Origin: Scenedesmus sp. PABB004
Lineage: Eukaryota
NCBI GenBank assembly: GCA_014905635.1
Contig: JABVCE010000021.1
Span: 558,001-622,000, forward strand
Direction of reading: 5' to 3'
Length of the DNA stretch: 64,000 nt
Positions 63,580 through 64,000 of the stretch are shown here, piece by piece. The notes below the pieces were generated by a model. The model did not search any database, was not told where the DNA came from, and saw nothing but the letters and a program-made list of their open reading frames with translations. A program made the translations under genes and the position numbers. Positions within the stretch are counted from its first letter, which is position 1; each line of letters begins with the position of its first letter.

Positions 63580-64000
63580 ATGCGCCCGCCACGCCCTCGC
63601 AGGACGCCGCCCGCGCGCCAGCTCGTCGTGCTGAGAGCGAAAGGCGCGATGCCCGCTGCCGCCGCTGCCGCTGCTGCGGGCCGCGGCCCACGCCGCGCCC
63701 CGCCGCCCTCCCCGCAGGCGCCAACGGCGGTCGCCGCCGCAGCGCCTCGGCGAGCCGCAGTCCCGACGCCGACGAGCCCCCGCCGCCGGCGGTGCAGCTC
63801 GCGAACGCGGCGGCGGACCGCGCGGGCGCGGCCGACGCCACGCCGCCGCCGCCGCCGCCGGCGGTGCAGCTCGCCGACGCGGCGGCCGAGCAGCAGGCGC
63901 CCGGCGGCGGCGCAGGCCCCCCGCGCGCGCCGGCGGCGACCGGGGGCGCCGGCGCCGCGTCCACACCGGCAGACGTGGTGATCGGCGGCATCGCCTCCGC
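63580..64000 (+). CDS. Partial gene of unknown function, possibly with a transit peptide
   Basis: MRPPRPRRTPPARQLVVLRAK, a putative GC-AG intron 63644-63717, then GANGGRRRSASASRSPDADEPPPPAVQLAN... open to the window end. Confidence 0.4.

Overview
Eukaryotic nuclear DNA of extremely high GC content (about 80% by eye), gene-dense and intron-rich. Plastid-targeted ClpC and CarA, NADP-GDH, an algal septin and TGTAA-type poly(A) signals point to a chlorophyte green alga (inference). Most long ORFs in the supplied track are artefacts of GC richness. Hand-splicing gives about 19 genes: virilizer-like (partial), PEX10, BBS5, tandem-USP protein, ClpC, CDK5RAP3/C53, profilin-like, guanine/guanosine deaminase, NADP-GDH, CarA, two patatin-like lipases, ankyrin-RCC1 (IBTK-like), a membrane-anchored SAM methyltransferase, SYP2-type syntaxin, septin, EMC1, CTU2 and a partial gene at the right edge. 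The most unusual signals are non-coding. (1) About one intron in five starts with GC, always after an exonic AG. (2) Seven hairpins with a conserved TGCGACNG loop and covarying stems lie downstream of the deaminase. (3) Two different GDH introns are near-copies of each other (introner-like). All gene calls come from motif recognition and manual splicing; no searches were run.
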